A DNA stretch of 64,000 nucleotides from an uncultured Gammaproteobacteria bacterium (GCA_964489875.1 CAZAZW010000001.1:183816-247815), one strand, 5' to 3'. Counted from the first letter of the stretch, positions 17,293 to 26,393 are shown. Program-made: numbers and translations. The notes: generated by a model from the letters alone, not told the origin.

Positions 17293-17765
17293 TCCAAATA
17301 TCCAAAAATTTAACTAGATACAGTCAAGATAACCAAAAATTAAAAGTTGCTATCGTCCGGAGCAATTACTATCAAGATCTAACTCAAAGTTTAGAAAAAT
17401 CATGCAAAGAATATTTAGTCTCCAGCGGAGTCAAGGAAAATAATATAACCACCTTTGAAGTGCCTGGTTCTTGGGAAATCCCCCTCATCGCCAAAACTGT
17501 AGCTGCCGGCAAAAAATTCGACGGAATTATTGCATTTGGCATAATTATTAAAGGAGAGACTTACCATTTTGAAATTCTGGCTAAGGAGTGCAGTAGATCC
17601 CTAATGGATATTTCCTTAAAATTTGATATCCCTATTATTTTTGAGGTACTGGCAACCTACAATTTAGAACAGGCTAAAAAAAGAAGCGTGGGAAAAAATA
17701 ACAAAGGTAAAGAGGCAGCTTTAGTCTTGCTTGAAACCATTAAAACATTATCCAAATTACAATGA
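17289..17765 (+). CDS. ribH: 6,7-dimethyl-8-ribityllumazine synthase
   Basis: 158 aa with VPGSWEIP and a lumazine synthase fold pattern. Its start overlaps ribE by 4 nt. Confidence 0.9.
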   Translation: MIQISKNLTRYSQDNQKLKVAIVRSNYYQDLTQSLEKSCKEYLVSSGVKENNITTFEVPGSWEIPLIAKTVAAGKKFDGIIAFGIIIKGETYHFEILAKECSRSLMDISLKFDIPIIFEVLATYNLEQAKKRSVGKNNKGKEAALVLLETIKTLSKLQ

Positions 17766-18364
17766 AAGTTTCAACTCATTCTATTATTAAAACTGCAAGT
17801 TCAAGATTGCCTACAAAATATGGATTATTCAAGATAATAATCTATAAATGTTCAACCGATGACCGTGAACATGCGGTATTAACTTTGGGAAAACTTTTAA
17901 AACCAGTCTTAACCAGAATCCATTCCCAATGCTTAACCGGAGATACTTTTCTTTCATTTCGGTGTGATTGCGGGGGCCAGCTTAAAAAAAGTATGAAGAT
18001 GATCGGCAAAAAGGGTGCGGGGATTATCCTTTATCTAAACCAGGAAGGAAGAGGCATTGGCCTTACCAATAAGATTAAGGCGTATGCCCTACAAGATAAA
18101 GGTTATGATACGGTAGAAGCTAACGAGGCGCTTGGGTTCCCAAGAGACTTACGTAGTTACAAAATAGCGGCCGATATCTTAAAAGATCTGGGGGCAGAGG
18201 ACATTGATCTTTTAACAAATAATCCTGATAAACCCGACCAGCTCTCCAAATACGGAATTCATATTTCAAAAAGAATTGCCTTGGAAATTAAACCAAACAA
18301 GACAGATTTAAAATATCTTAAAGTTAAAAAACGGAAGATGAACCACGCATTAAAATTAGTGTGA
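17762..18364 (+). CDS. ribA: GTP cyclohydrolase II (monofunctional, no DHBP synthase domain)
   Basis: 200 aa. [23 protein letters not shown] and [28 protein letters not shown] align end to end with 196-aa E. coli RibA from memory. Confidence 0.9.
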   Translation: MKVSTHSIIKTASSRLPTKYGLFKIIIYKCSTDDREHAVLTLGKLLKPVLTRIHSQCLTGDTFLSFRCDCGGQLKKSMKMIGKKGAGIILYLNQEGRGIGLTNKIKAYALQDKGYDTVEANEALGFPRDLRSYKIAADILKDLGAEDIDLLTNNPDKPDQLSKYGIHISKRIALEIKPNKTDLKYLKVKKRKMNHALKLV

Positions 18365-19347
18365 CAAAAAAGGACATGAACAACGATATCTTCTTTTTAA
18401 AAGAAACCCTCAGACTTGCCAAAAAGGGATTGAGTTGGACCAATCCTAATCCAATGGTTGGGGCGTTAATTGTGAGAAATGGTCATGAAATTGGCCAGGG
18501 CTTTCATCACAAAGCAGGACACCCACATGCGGAGATTGAGGCTTTAAACAATGCAACCGAAGACCCTAAAGGCGCTACACTTTATGTCAACCTTGAGCCC
18601 TGTTCAAATCACGGAAGAACCCCACCCTGTACCGAGGCGATAATCAAAAGCGGTATTAAAAAAGTTGTCTGTGCTACCTTAGATCCAAATCCAGAAAACC
18701 ATGGTAAAGGAATACTAAAGTTACAAGAAGCTGGTATAGATACAATTATTGGGGCACTAGAAAATGAAGCCAGGAAATTAAATGAGGCATTTTTCACTTT
18801 TCATGAGAAGAAACGCCCCTTTGTGACAATAAAATTTGCTGCCTCTTTGGACGGAAAAATGGCAACCGGATCAGGCAATTCAAAATGGATTACCAATGAC
18901 AGCGCCAGAAGATATGCCAGGGCTTTGCGGAAACAATATCAGGCAGTACTGGTAGGGATAAATACTGTACTTTTGGATAACCCACATTTAGGTGTACGGA
19001 CTAAGTGTAAGAAAGATCCCTTGAGAATTATTCTTGGTTCCAAAAGACAAATTCCTAAAAATTTTCAAGTTTTACGCGATCAAAATGTCTTAATTATTAA
19101 TCCAAAAAATATCCATGAAATAATAAGTATCCTGGTTGAAGGCGGAGGAGAAACTCTGGGAAGTTTTATTGATTCCAAAATAATTGATAAAGTCTATGCT
19201 TTCCATGCTCCATTAATAATCGGAGGAGAAAATGCCATCAGTATTAGCGGAAAAGGTGCGGATACTATACGAAACGCGCTGAAACTAAAAAATATTTCCC
19301 ATAAAAAATTTGACGACAATCTTTTGACAATTGGTTATATAAACTGA
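18361..19347 (+). CDS. ribD: Bifunctional pyrimidine deaminase / uracil reductase
   Basis: 328 aa with the deaminase zinc motifs HAEIEAL and [11 protein letters not shown], plus a C-terminal reductase domain. Confidence 0.9.
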   Translation: MTKKDMNNDIFFLKETLRLAKKGLSWTNPNPMVGALIVRNGHEIGQGFHHKAGHPHAEIEALNNATEDPKGATLYVNLEPCSNHGRTPPCTEAIIKSGIKKVVCATLDPNPENHGKGILKLQEAGIDTIIGALENEARKLNEAFFTFHEKKRPFVTIKFAASLDGKMATGSGNSKWITNDSARRYARALRKQYQAVLVGINTVLLDNPHLGVRTKCKKDPLRIILGSKRQIPKNFQVLRDQNVLIINPKNIHEIISILVEGGGETLGSFIDSKIIDKVYAFHAPLIIGGENAISISGKGADTIRNALKLKNISHKKFDDNLLTIGYIN

Positions 19348-19365
19348 TAAATTAGTAAATAAACT

Positions 19366-19740
19366 ATGCAAAGATGGCAGGGATACATTCTTAATCTGGC
19401 GTTGGCATTAGTCTTTTTTGCCATGGCTGCTAAATCATTTCTGGCTCCTGATGAAATCACCGAAGTTATTGAAAACTCGCTGGTTTTTAAAGAACTCTTG
19501 GGAAAAGTGCCTGTTTTTTTGATAGGGATTCACGATGCAACTGTTGGTATGCTTATCGCTCTGCGATTGTGGCCTAAGTTGGTCACTACCTGGGCAGCCA
19601 TTTGGTTAGGTACAGTGATCATACTTTTGATCAGCAGCATGAATATGGAGGGGTTGCTGGATGCTATCGAGCATGCAGCAGTGCTTGGTATTGCCTTGTA
19701 TTTAAGCATTAAGGCTTTTACACCACAGAAAGAAGAATAA
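19366..19740 (+). CDS. Small four-TM membrane protein (unknown function)
   Basis: 124 aa and hydrophobic. It lies 18 nt after ribD on the same strand. Confidence 0.5.
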   Translation: MQRWQGYILNLALALVFFAMAAKSFLAPDEITEVIENSLVFKELLGKVPVFLIGIHDATVGMLIALRLWPKLVTTWAAIWLGTVIILLISSMNMEGLLDAIEHAAVLGIALYLSIKAFTPQKEE

Positions 19741-19815
19741 TTTAATTAATAATACCCCACTTCTACCTGGGAGGTGGATTCCTATTTAAGTTCTAAAACA
19801 GTTACGACCCTAAGA

Positions 19816-19843
19816 TTGACAGAAACGAGATTAATAGTATAAT
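19816..19843 (+). promoter_or_regulatory. Consensus sigma70 promoter giving a leaderless or near-leaderless transcript
   Basis: TTGACA (19816-19821), a 16-nt spacer, then TATAAT (19838-19843). The ATG of the next ORF is at 19851, about where the TSS is expected, and there is no SD. Confidence 0.55.
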
Positions 19844-19850
19844 CCATACG

Positions 19851-20105
19851 ATGGAAAGATTAAAAGACAGATCAGAAAGGCCTTACAAGAAAGTTTGTTC
19901 ACATTTAGTAATGCACCCTCGAGAAGCTGGTCATGCAGGACGAAAAGCGTTTTTTGTTACTTGTCCATTTAAATGGTCTAAGGAACAAATAGAATTAGCT
20001 GTTAACAGTAAATTCCCTCCTAATACGCCTAATACGCGTTATCCCGTATGGGAGACATTCGAATTAACTGCAAGAGACTTACCAACAGATGCAAGAAAAA
20101 AGTAA
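19851..20105 (+). CDS. Hypothetical small basic protein
   Basis: 84-aa ORF directly behind a consensus promoter. I recognise no motif. Confidence 0.45.
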   Translation: MERLKDRSERPYKKVCSHLVMHPREAGHAGRKAFFVTCPFKWSKEQIELAVNSKFPPNTPNTRYPVWETFELTARDLPTDARKK

Positions 20106-20233
20106 ACGGCGTAACCCTAATCCTACCTGAGATATGAATTTCTATTAGCACCTAAGGAAATATCAGAGTATTTGTGCCTAGCTGAGCAGGCCCCGGTCTA
20201 GGACTATTTCATCCTTATAACTCAAATTTCAAA

Positions 20234-20884
20234 TTAATTTGAGTCATTTCTATAAATTTTAATACCGTTGCCTGAATTTGTTGACAAAATTGTTCCTTCT
20301 AAGATGCTTATTCTTGTCCATTGGTCAATATCGATTTCTCTATCAGTTACATCAATAAATGATTTAATAGGAATTAATACTAATCGTTTGTCTTTTTTCC
20401 AGTTAATTGGAAATACTACTACCTTCGACGGATTAGTTTTTGTTATCTCACCAACTTTTGAAAATGTTGTTTCATCAACAAACCCTACAATCAATGTTTC
20501 ATCATTGTTTTTTTGGATTTCAAATTTATATTTATCCGGTTGATTTGTTAATGTTAAACTGTTTGTATCGTTCTGAATAAAACGTGCAATATTAAAAGCG
20601 TAAGCATATCCATAAATACCATCTGGCAATTTTGACATTTCCTTATTTGTTTCCAGTGGTTCTAGGGCTCGAAGAGTGTTAGGTTGACGATCGTCTTGTT
20701 TTGCTGAAGAAGATGCTAGAGAACTATCGCTAATAGCTGAGCGAGAAGGACTTTGGATTGTGGCAGGGCTACCTACGCCGAAAACAAAATAAAGGATTAA
20801 CCCGCCAATAATAGTTACCCCTATGCCCTCAACCCAAGGATTACTAAAAAATTTAGACAACTTTAAATTTGCCTCTTTTTTCAT
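20234..20884 (-). CDS. Membrane-anchored hypothetical protein
   Basis: ORF 20234..20998. The start is moved to ATG 20884 (MKKEANLKLSKFF) because 20885-20998 is a non-coding tRNA-repeat region. It has one TM helix followed by a Ser-rich linker. Confidence 0.55.
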   Translation of the reverse strand: MKKEANLKLSKFFSNPWVEGIGVTIIGGLILYFVFGVGSPATIQSPSRSAISDSSLASSSAKQDDRQPNTLRALEPLETNKEMSKLPDGIYGYAYAFNIARFIQNDTNSLTLTNQPDKYKFEIQKNNDETLIVGFVDETTFSKVGEITKTNPSKVVVFPINWKKDKRLVLIPIKSFIDVTDREIDIDQWTRISILEGTILSTNSGNGIKIYRNDSN

Positions 20885-20910
20885 ATTAAATATTCTTGGT
20901 GTCCAATTCT

Positions 20911-20926
20911 GCTGCGGGGCATGGAT
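20911..20926 (-). repeat. 16-bp perfect direct copy of the tRNA-Gln 3' end (att-like scar)
   Basis: GCTGCGGGGCATGGAT at 20911-20926 is identical to 21031-21046, which covers the T-arm 3' half, the acceptor 3' strand, the discriminator and 1 more nt of tRNA-Gln. Confidence 0.7.
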
Positions 20927-21000
20927 AATACACCCCCGCCAAAGGCGGGGCTGAACCGCTCTTCGAGCTGGGTACGAATCATTAGCCCAACATATCAAAA

Positions 21001-21026
21001 TTTAAGCTCGAATGAGCTCAAATTTT
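21001..21026 (-). terminator. Intrinsic terminator downstream of tRNA-Gln
   Basis: The minus strand reads TTTGAGCTC-ATTC-GAGCTTAAA followed by TTTTG. Confidence 0.5.
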
Positions 21027-21031
21027 GCTAG

Positions 21032-21102
21032 CTGCGGGGCATGGATTTGAACCATGATAGATAGCTCCAGAGGCTATCGTCCTGCCGTTAGACGACCCCG
21101 CA
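21032..21102 (-). tRNA. tRNA-Gln (anticodon CUG)
   Basis: 71 nt, folded by hand: TGCGGGG/TC/GTC-TAACGGCAG-GAC/G/ATAGC-CTCTGGA-GCTAT/CTAT/CATGG-TTCAAAT-CCATG/CCCCGCA/G. It has the U1:A72 pair typical of tRNA-Gln. No CCA is encoded. Confidence 0.9.
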
Positions 21103-21112
21103 ATGCATGTAG

Positions 21113-21141
21113 ATTTTACGTTTTTCCGGAAAAGAAGGCAA
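21113..21141 (-). promoter_or_regulatory. Candidate promoter of tRNA-Gln
   Basis: On the minus strand, TTGCCT, 17 nt, then TAAAAT, ending 10 nt before the tRNA 5' end. The spacer contains the 12-bp palindrome TTTTCCGGAAAA. Confidence 0.4.
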
Positions 21142-21170
21142 ATTGTAAAATTAAAGTGTGAACAAAAAGG

Positions 21171-21515
21171 TTATTTTGGAAATCTGCGAAGACCCCAACC
21201 AGCGATTATTGCTGAGACCGAAAAAATCACTGCAGGTCCTACTGGAAAACCTGTATTGGGTAAAACTTGAGTCCCATTCCTGGTACGATCCACTAATGCA
21301 TTATAAGCAGAGCTCGGAGTAGATGAAGGCGCTACAGAAGGTGTTGGGGTAGGAACATTTTGATTTTCTTGTCCCAAGACGGTAGGTGCCGGACTGGCTT
21401 GTGTTCTTGTGATACTACCGGGAGACAATCTTCCACTCAGTAAAAAATATCCCACGGCTACAGCCGCTAAAACCAACCCGATAGCCATAAATCTCAACCA
21501 CTTAGGATCATCCAT
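21171..21515 (-). CDS. Small LPXTG-motif cell-wall-anchored protein
   Basis: 114 aa. It has an N-terminal TM/signal (WLRFMAIGLVLAAVAVGYFLL), a Pro/Ser/Thr-rich linker, then LPNTG, a hydrophobic stretch and the RRFPK tail. Confidence 0.7.
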   Translation of the reverse strand: MDDPKWLRFMAIGLVLAAVAVGYFLLSGRLSPGSITRTQASPAPTVLGQENQNVPTPTPSVAPSSTPSSAYNALVDRTRNGTQVLPNTGFPVGPAVIFSVSAIIAGWGLRRFPK

Positions 21516-21550
21516 GCCGCAATTCTACCACAAAGCTATAAGATATGCAA

Positions 21551-22831
21551 TTAAGAAGATTGTAAGAATCTAAGAGCTTCTGCAACTCTTTTTATAGTCT
21601 CTTTTTCACCTAAAATTTCTATGCTTTCAAAAAGAGGCGGCGTGACAGTCTGTCCTGAGACTGCCACCCTGATAAGCTGAAACATTTGGGAAGCTGACAA
21701 TTCAGACTCCTCCGCTAGTTTCCTGAAAGTTTGTTCAAAAACATCTGCTTTCCATAGTTTATCCATTGCTTCCAGTTTACTCAGAACCCTCTCTAATGAA
21801 TCTGTGACGTCTTTAATATTTAGTTTTTCAAATTGCGCTTTATCATATTCCGGTTTTTCGAAAAGAAAGTCAGTCAACGGCACAAAATCCGATAACTTTT
21901 TAATCCTCTCTTTAACCAAAGGCACAACAGGAAATAGTTTGTCTTTAGCCGGGTGATCCACCAAAAACTCCTGCAGTCTTTTTGTCAGCTCCTCATCACT
22001 CATTTTCCTAATATATTCCCCGTTCATCCATTCGAGTTTTGTTATATCAAAAACTGCCGGCGTCGAATGAACATCTTTTAAATTAAAAGCCTTAATCATC
22101 TCCTCTAAAGTGATTATTTCTTTATCTTCGGGCGGCGTCCATCCCAAAAGCGCCATATAATTTAAAATCGCTTCAGGTAGAAACCCATCCTGGCGGAATT
22201 CCCCCACTGGCCTTGCTCCGTGTCTTTTGGAAAGTTTCGATCTGTCAGTCCCCACGATTAAAGGCAAATGTGCATACTGAGGCACTTCCCATTTAAAAGC
22301 CTGAAATGTTAAGACATGTTTTGGTATAGAAGGAAGCCACTCATCCCCTCTAATTATCGGATTTGTTTCCATGAAATGATCATCAACTACATGAGCTAAG
22401 TGGTAAGTAGGAAAACCGTCAGATTTTAAGAGGACAAAATCTTTTTGCTCCGATAAATCAAAGCTAATATCACGATTGCCAATTAAATCTGTAAACTTCA
22501 AACTACCTTCCTTTGGCATTCTAAACCAAATAGCACCTTCCTGCTCGTATGCCACACCTTTATCAATTAACTCTTTAGCATATTTTTGATAAATTTCTTT
22601 ACGCTCTGATTGAATAATAGGTTTTTCATCAAAATTTAAACCCAACCACTTAATGTTTTTGATAATATCCTCTGTTGCGCCGGGGACAAATCTATTTCTA
22701 TCCGTATCCTCAATCCTTAAAGTAAATGTTCCATTATTTTGGCGGGCTACTAAAAATGCATATAATGCTGTCCTAACACCACCTATATGCATCAATCCTG
22801 TCGGAGATGGCGCGAACCTGGTTTTAATCAT
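21551..22831 (-). CDS. gltX: Glutamyl-tRNA synthetase
   Basis: 426 aa with PSPTGLMHIGGVRTALY (HIGH) and KLSKRH (KMSKS). Confidence 0.9.
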   Translation of the reverse strand: MIKTRFAPSPTGLMHIGGVRTALYAFLVARQNNGTFTLRIEDTDRNRFVPGATEDIIKNIKWLGLNFDEKPIIQSERKEIYQKYAKELIDKGVAYEQEGAIWFRMPKEGSLKFTDLIGNRDISFDLSEQKDFVLLKSDGFPTYHLAHVVDDHFMETNPIIRGDEWLPSIPKHVLTFQAFKWEVPQYAHLPLIVGTDRSKLSKRHGARPVGEFRQDGFLPEAILNYMALLGWTPPEDKEIITLEEMIKAFNLKDVHSTPAVFDITKLEWMNGEYIRKMSDEELTKRLQEFLVDHPAKDKLFPVVPLVKERIKKLSDFVPLTDFLFEKPEYDKAQFEKLNIKDVTDSLERVLSKLEAMDKLWKADVFEQTFRKLAEESELSASQMFQLIRVAVSGQTVTPPLFESIEILGEKETIKRVAEALRFLQSS

Positions 22832-22871
22832 GCCCTAATTATACCAGTCTGTAACTCCTTCCTGTATAATT

Positions 22872-23888
22872 ATGTTAATGACCCTGACCCAAACTGCCAT
22901 CCTTGTAAAACGACTTATTACTATTTCTATTATTGTTTTAGTAGTGGGTATTGTAAGTTTTACAAGTTACAGAATTTGGTATGCATATTACCTTTCAAAC
23001 TTACCCCCGGTTGAGGAAAAACCGGATACAAAATTCGGCCTACTCCCCCCGCCTAATTTTCCGAGTAGCACTGTTTCTACATCAAATTTCTCCTATTCAC
23101 TGGATACAATAACAGGCGGTTTACCCAAAGTTGGAGCGGATCCGGGTTTTGAAAAGATGATTAAGGTTTATTTTGTAACCCAAACTTTTGCCACCTTGCT
23201 TTCGCCTGACAGATCAGAAGACCTAGCGGAAAAATTTGGTATTAGTCTTCCTCCAAATATCTTAAGTGAAACAAAATATCAGTTTAAAAATCAAAATAAA
23301 ACTCTCACCGTAAATTTGGATAATGGTAATTTTTCCTATATCAACGGCGCTTCTCCGTCTGCCGCGATCAGTCCTGATGATGATAAAAAGATCGTCTCGG
23401 ATTTCCAGCAGGTCCTTTCCAGCTTAGGAGTTTTAAAAGAAGACTTGAGGATTGGCAGAAGCAAAGTTATTCTTTTGAAAGAAGCGCAAACTGTCCAAGT
23501 TTCACTGTGGCCAGCTCCGGTGGATAAAAGACTAATTTTTACTGCTGACTTTAATAAGTCACTGGTTAATGCTGCCATCTCAGGCAACGCCAATAGTTTA
23601 GATAATTACTTAAATTTATACTTTACTTACTATCCAATTGATACTTCTACTTTTGCCACTTATCCGCTCAAAACTGCAGAGGCAGCATTTGATGATTTAA
23701 AAAATGGAAAAGGTGCTGTAGTAATTGAACCTGATAAACCTCAAGTTTCTATCACTTCTATTTCACTAGGCTATTTTCTGCCGGAAAATTACAGCCCGTA
23801 TTTGCAACCAATATACGTTTTTGAAGGACCCAACTTTGTCGCCTACGTTCCTGCAATCAACGAACAGTTTCAAACTCAAGCCAACTAA
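22872..23888 (+). CDS. Membrane-anchored hypothetical protein
   Basis: 338 aa with one N-terminal TM helix and no recognised motif. Its 3' end overlaps the convergent dacA-like gene by 32 nt. Confidence 0.5.
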   Translation: MLMTLTQTAILVKRLITISIIVLVVGIVSFTSYRIWYAYYLSNLPPVEEKPDTKFGLLPPPNFPSSTVSTSNFSYSLDTITGGLPKVGADPGFEKMIKVYFVTQTFATLLSPDRSEDLAEKFGISLPPNILSETKYQFKNQNKTLTVNLDNGNFSYINGASPSAAISPDDDKKIVSDFQQVLSSLGVLKEDLRIGRSKVILLKEAQTVQVSLWPAPVDKRLIFTADFNKSLVNAAISGNANSLDNYLNLYFTYYPIDTSTFATYPLKTAEAAFDDLKNGKGAVVIEPDKPQVSITSISLGYFLPENYSPYLQPIYVFEGPNFVAYVPAINEQFQTQAN

Positions 23889-24789
23889 AATTTGTATAGG
23901 TCCAATCTATTAACTTAGTAGTTTCTCCAAACCGATCATCGCTTCCCAAAAGAACCAGTAATATTTTGTGTCCTTTTCTCTCCACTAAAGTTACCAAACT
24001 TTCTTTTGCACCCTCGGTGGTTCCGGTTTTTACACCTAAAACTCCGTTAACAGAAGATAAAAGTTTATTTAAATTAAATAGCTGATGGGTGTATTTTTTA
24101 TTTAAAGAAACAATACTCGTTTCCTTAGTAGCAAAAATTTTCGCCAGTTGGTAATTTTTCAATGCCTCTTCCGTGATTTTAGAAAGATCTTCTGCAGATG
24201 AATAATGGTTTGGACTATCAAAACCTGCCGGGTTATCAAAATGCGTATTTACTAAACCGAGCTCTAAAGCTTTTTTGTTCATAGCCGATACAAAACCTAA
24301 AATTTTTCCCGGGTAATTTTCAGCCAAAGTATAAGCCGCATCATTGCCGGAGTTTAGAAGCAAACCATAAAGTAATGCTCGAAAGGTTAAATTCTCTCCA
24401 CTCACTAAACCCACTTTAGACCCCGGAGTATTAGCACTGCTACCAACAGTCAGCACTGAATTTTGTTTAAAATACTCGCTTGCTACCAATGCTGTCATAA
24501 TCTTGGTAGTAGAAGCAACCGGGAGAGAGATACCCGCATCTTTTTGATATAAAGTAGTACTGGTTGCTAAATCTTTTATCAAGACCGCCCGGGCGCTAAA
24601 TTCTGGAAGGGTTAAATTCTTACTTACGGGTGGGCTATTGTATTTTTGGATACCTGCCACTTGAGAGCTATTCTGAGGAATCTGTAAGCTAATAAGTAAA
24701 CCGTCAGTAAACTTAAATAGAAACGGAACAGCAGAAGCCACAATGACAGCAATTAAAATTAAACCGGCAGAATAAAAATAATATCTCAT
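23857..24789 (-). CDS. D-alanyl-D-alanine carboxypeptidase (S11 serine peptidase, PBP5-like)
   Basis: 310 aa with SxxK (ASTTKIMTA), SGN (LLNSGND) and KTG (VKTGTT). Confidence 0.85.
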   Translation of the reverse strand: MRYYFYSAGLILIAVIVASAVPFLFKFTDGLLISLQIPQNSSQVAGIQKYNSPPVSKNLTLPEFSARAVLIKDLATSTTLYQKDAGISLPVASTTKIMTALVASEYFKQNSVLTVGSSANTPGSKVGLVSGENLTFRALLYGLLLNSGNDAAYTLAENYPGKILGFVSAMNKKALELGLVNTHFDNPAGFDSPNHYSSAEDLSKITEEALKNYQLAKIFATKETSIVSLNKKYTHQLFNLNKLLSSVNGVLGVKTGTTEGAKESLVTLVERKGHKILLVLLGSDDRFGETTKLIDWTYTNFSWLEFETVR

Positions 24790-26150
24790 CAGAGCCTGAT
24801 ATCTACCCTCTCCATGTCTCTTGGGAAAAGCGAAGCTTCTCTAATATTAGCCAGACCTAAAACATGCATGGTGATTCTCTCGAGTCCAAAGGAAAATCCT
24901 CCCTCCGGGGGCATGCCATATTTAAAAGCCTGTAGATACATCTCAAAATTTTTAGGATCCATTCCCCTGCTCTTAATATTTTCAACCAATTGGTTATAAT
25001 CATTAATTCTCTGACTGCCACTCATAATCTCCACCCCCCGAAACAGTAAGTCATAGCTTAAAGAGTATTCCGGATCTTTCGGATCCGGCATTGTATAAAA
25101 CGGCTTAGCGTTAGTTGGAAAATGTGTTACTGTAACAAAATCACTGTCACGTCTTTCCTTAGACCACTGGCACAAATCGATTTCGTCCTGCGGAGTCAAA
25201 TCTTTTTCTTTTCTATTGTCACGCCCGAATTCTTTTAAAATGAGTTCTTGCGCTTCTCTTAAAGTTAGTCTGGGGATTTTTCCAAATGCAATCTTTTCAA
25301 CAGCAAAGTCTGATAAAATATTCGAGCACTCCTCTTCTGTAAGCTTTAGCATTTTAACTGCTACCCCCTCCAGAAAATCTAATAACTCTGCAAATTCTGT
25401 AAAACCAATCTCCACATCCATTTGAGTAACTTCTGTTAAGTGTCTGGTGGTAACTGAGGGTTCAGCTCGGTAAGCTTTAGCAATTGTAAATACCCGCTCG
25501 AACGGCGGCACTAACATTTGTTTATAAAGTTGCGGACTTTGAGAAAGATAAGCTTTGTGTTCAAAATAATCTATCTTAAAAACTTCTGCTCCCCCTTCTG
25601 TTGCTCCGGCCACAATTGTTGGCACCACAATTTCTGTACAACCCAGCTCCTTTGCAACTTTTCTAAATCCTTCCAAAAGACTGGCTTGAACTTTAAAAAT
25701 TGATTTAATTTTGGGATGCCTTAGAGTTAGGGAACGAAAATCGAGTAATGTTGGAAGTTGTAAATTTAAATCTTTCCCTCCCATGTCAAAAGGCAACTCT
25801 TCTGCTTTTGATAAAACTTCAATATTTTCCGCTGAAATCTCTATTTCTCCGGTGGGAATATTTTTGTTAACTAAATGTTCCGGCCTTTTATTAACTCTTC
25901 CAGTTATACAAACTACGTCTTGGGGGTGTAAACTTTCCAAATCACCTCGGATGGTGGCAGGCTGAGCTTGCGAAGCCATGACTCCTCCGAGGTGTACTAA
26001 ATTTGTTGCCACCACTTGGATTATTCCGGACCTATCCGTAATATCCAAAAATGAAATCTTTCCATGGTCTCGTTTTGTATAAACCCAACCACATACTTTA
26101 ACTTGCTCCCCAATTTTCTCTTTGCAGTCTAAAATTACTGTGCGCTCCAT
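24789..26150 (-). CDS. aspS: Aspartyl-tRNA synthetase, archaeal/type-2 form
   Basis: ORF 24789..26189, with the start moved to ATG 26150 (MERTVILD). It has QSPQLYKQML, YRAEPSVTTRHLTE and GGFSFGLERI class IIb motifs. At about 450 aa it matches the archaeal type. Confidence 0.85.
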   Translation of the reverse strand: MERTVILDCKEKIGEQVKVCGWVYTKRDHGKISFLDITDRSGIIQVVATNLVHLGGVMASQAQPATIRGDLESLHPQDVVCITGRVNKRPEHLVNKNIPTGEIEISAENIEVLSKAEELPFDMGGKDLNLQLPTLLDFRSLTLRHPKIKSIFKVQASLLEGFRKVAKELGCTEIVVPTIVAGATEGGAEVFKIDYFEHKAYLSQSPQLYKQMLVPPFERVFTIAKAYRAEPSVTTRHLTEVTQMDVEIGFTEFAELLDFLEGVAVKMLKLTEEECSNILSDFAVEKIAFGKIPRLTLREAQELILKEFGRDNRKEKDLTPQDEIDLCQWSKERRDSDFVTVTHFPTNAKPFYTMPDPKDPEYSLSYDLLFRGVEIMSGSQRINDYNQLVENIKSRGMDPKNFEMYLQAFKYGMPPEGGFSFGLERITMHVLGLANIREASLFPRDMERVDIRL

Positions 26151-26182
26151 GCTTTCTGCATCATAACAGCCAAAAGGGAATA

Positions 26183-26212
26183 TTGACAAGATGTCAGCTT
26201 CAATGTTAAAGT
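26183..26212 (+). promoter_or_regulatory. Candidate promoter of leader cassette A
   Basis: TTGACA (26183-26188), an 18-nt spacer, then an extended -10 TGtTAAAGT (26204-26212). Confidence 0.4.
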
Positions 26213-26237
26213 ACTAAAAGTTAGGCACACAAAAAAT

Positions 26238-26309
26238 ATGAATTTATTAAAAATTTGGTATTTTTACTTTACTTTTGCCTTCCGAAAGGAGGGAGGTTTA
26301 TTGGGATAA
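26238..26309 (+). CDS. Candidate aromatic-rich leader peptide (23 aa)
   Basis: Not in the ORF track. It reads MNLLKIWYFYFTFAFRKEGGLLG*. The W/Y/F codon run (26256-26282) overlaps hairpin segment 1. No clear SD is present. Confidence 0.3.
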   Translation: MNLLKIWYFYFTFAFRKEGGLLG

Positions 26310-26337
26310 CCTTATTTTAAAGGTCTTGACCAATTTT

Positions 26338-26362
26338 AGCCTCCCGAATGGGAGGTTTTTTT
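26338..26362 (+). terminator. Attenuator-type intrinsic terminator A
   Basis: CCTCCC (26340-26345), GAAT, GGGAGG (26350-26355), then T7 (26356-26362). It ends only 18 nt before the SD of the next CDS. An upstream GGGAGG (26291-26296) can pair with the same CCTCCC. Confidence 0.6.
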
Positions 26363-26393
26363 ATGAGAAAAATTATGAAAGGAGGTGTTTAAT

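Noticed and set aside
19759-20150. An imperfect direct repeat of about 26 bp (TTCTACCTGGGAGGTGGATTCCTATT at about 19759 versus TCCTACCTGAGATATGAATTTCTATT at about 20121) flanks the 84-aa orphan ORF. I considered these as mobile-element ends.
   Set aside because: Only about 20 of 26 positions match by eye. The first copy is better explained as a hairpin (CCACTTC...GAGGTGG) terminating the upstream gene. I found no target-site duplication or recombinase.
20885-20998. N-terminal extensions in the ORF track: 20885-20998, 26151-26189, 52968-53039, 7113-7271 and 50635-50661.
   Set aside because: The extended parts cover non-coding elements (a tRNA repeat, a promoter, a riboswitch) or overlap upstream genes. 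Internal ATGs with better context give products that match family N-termini.
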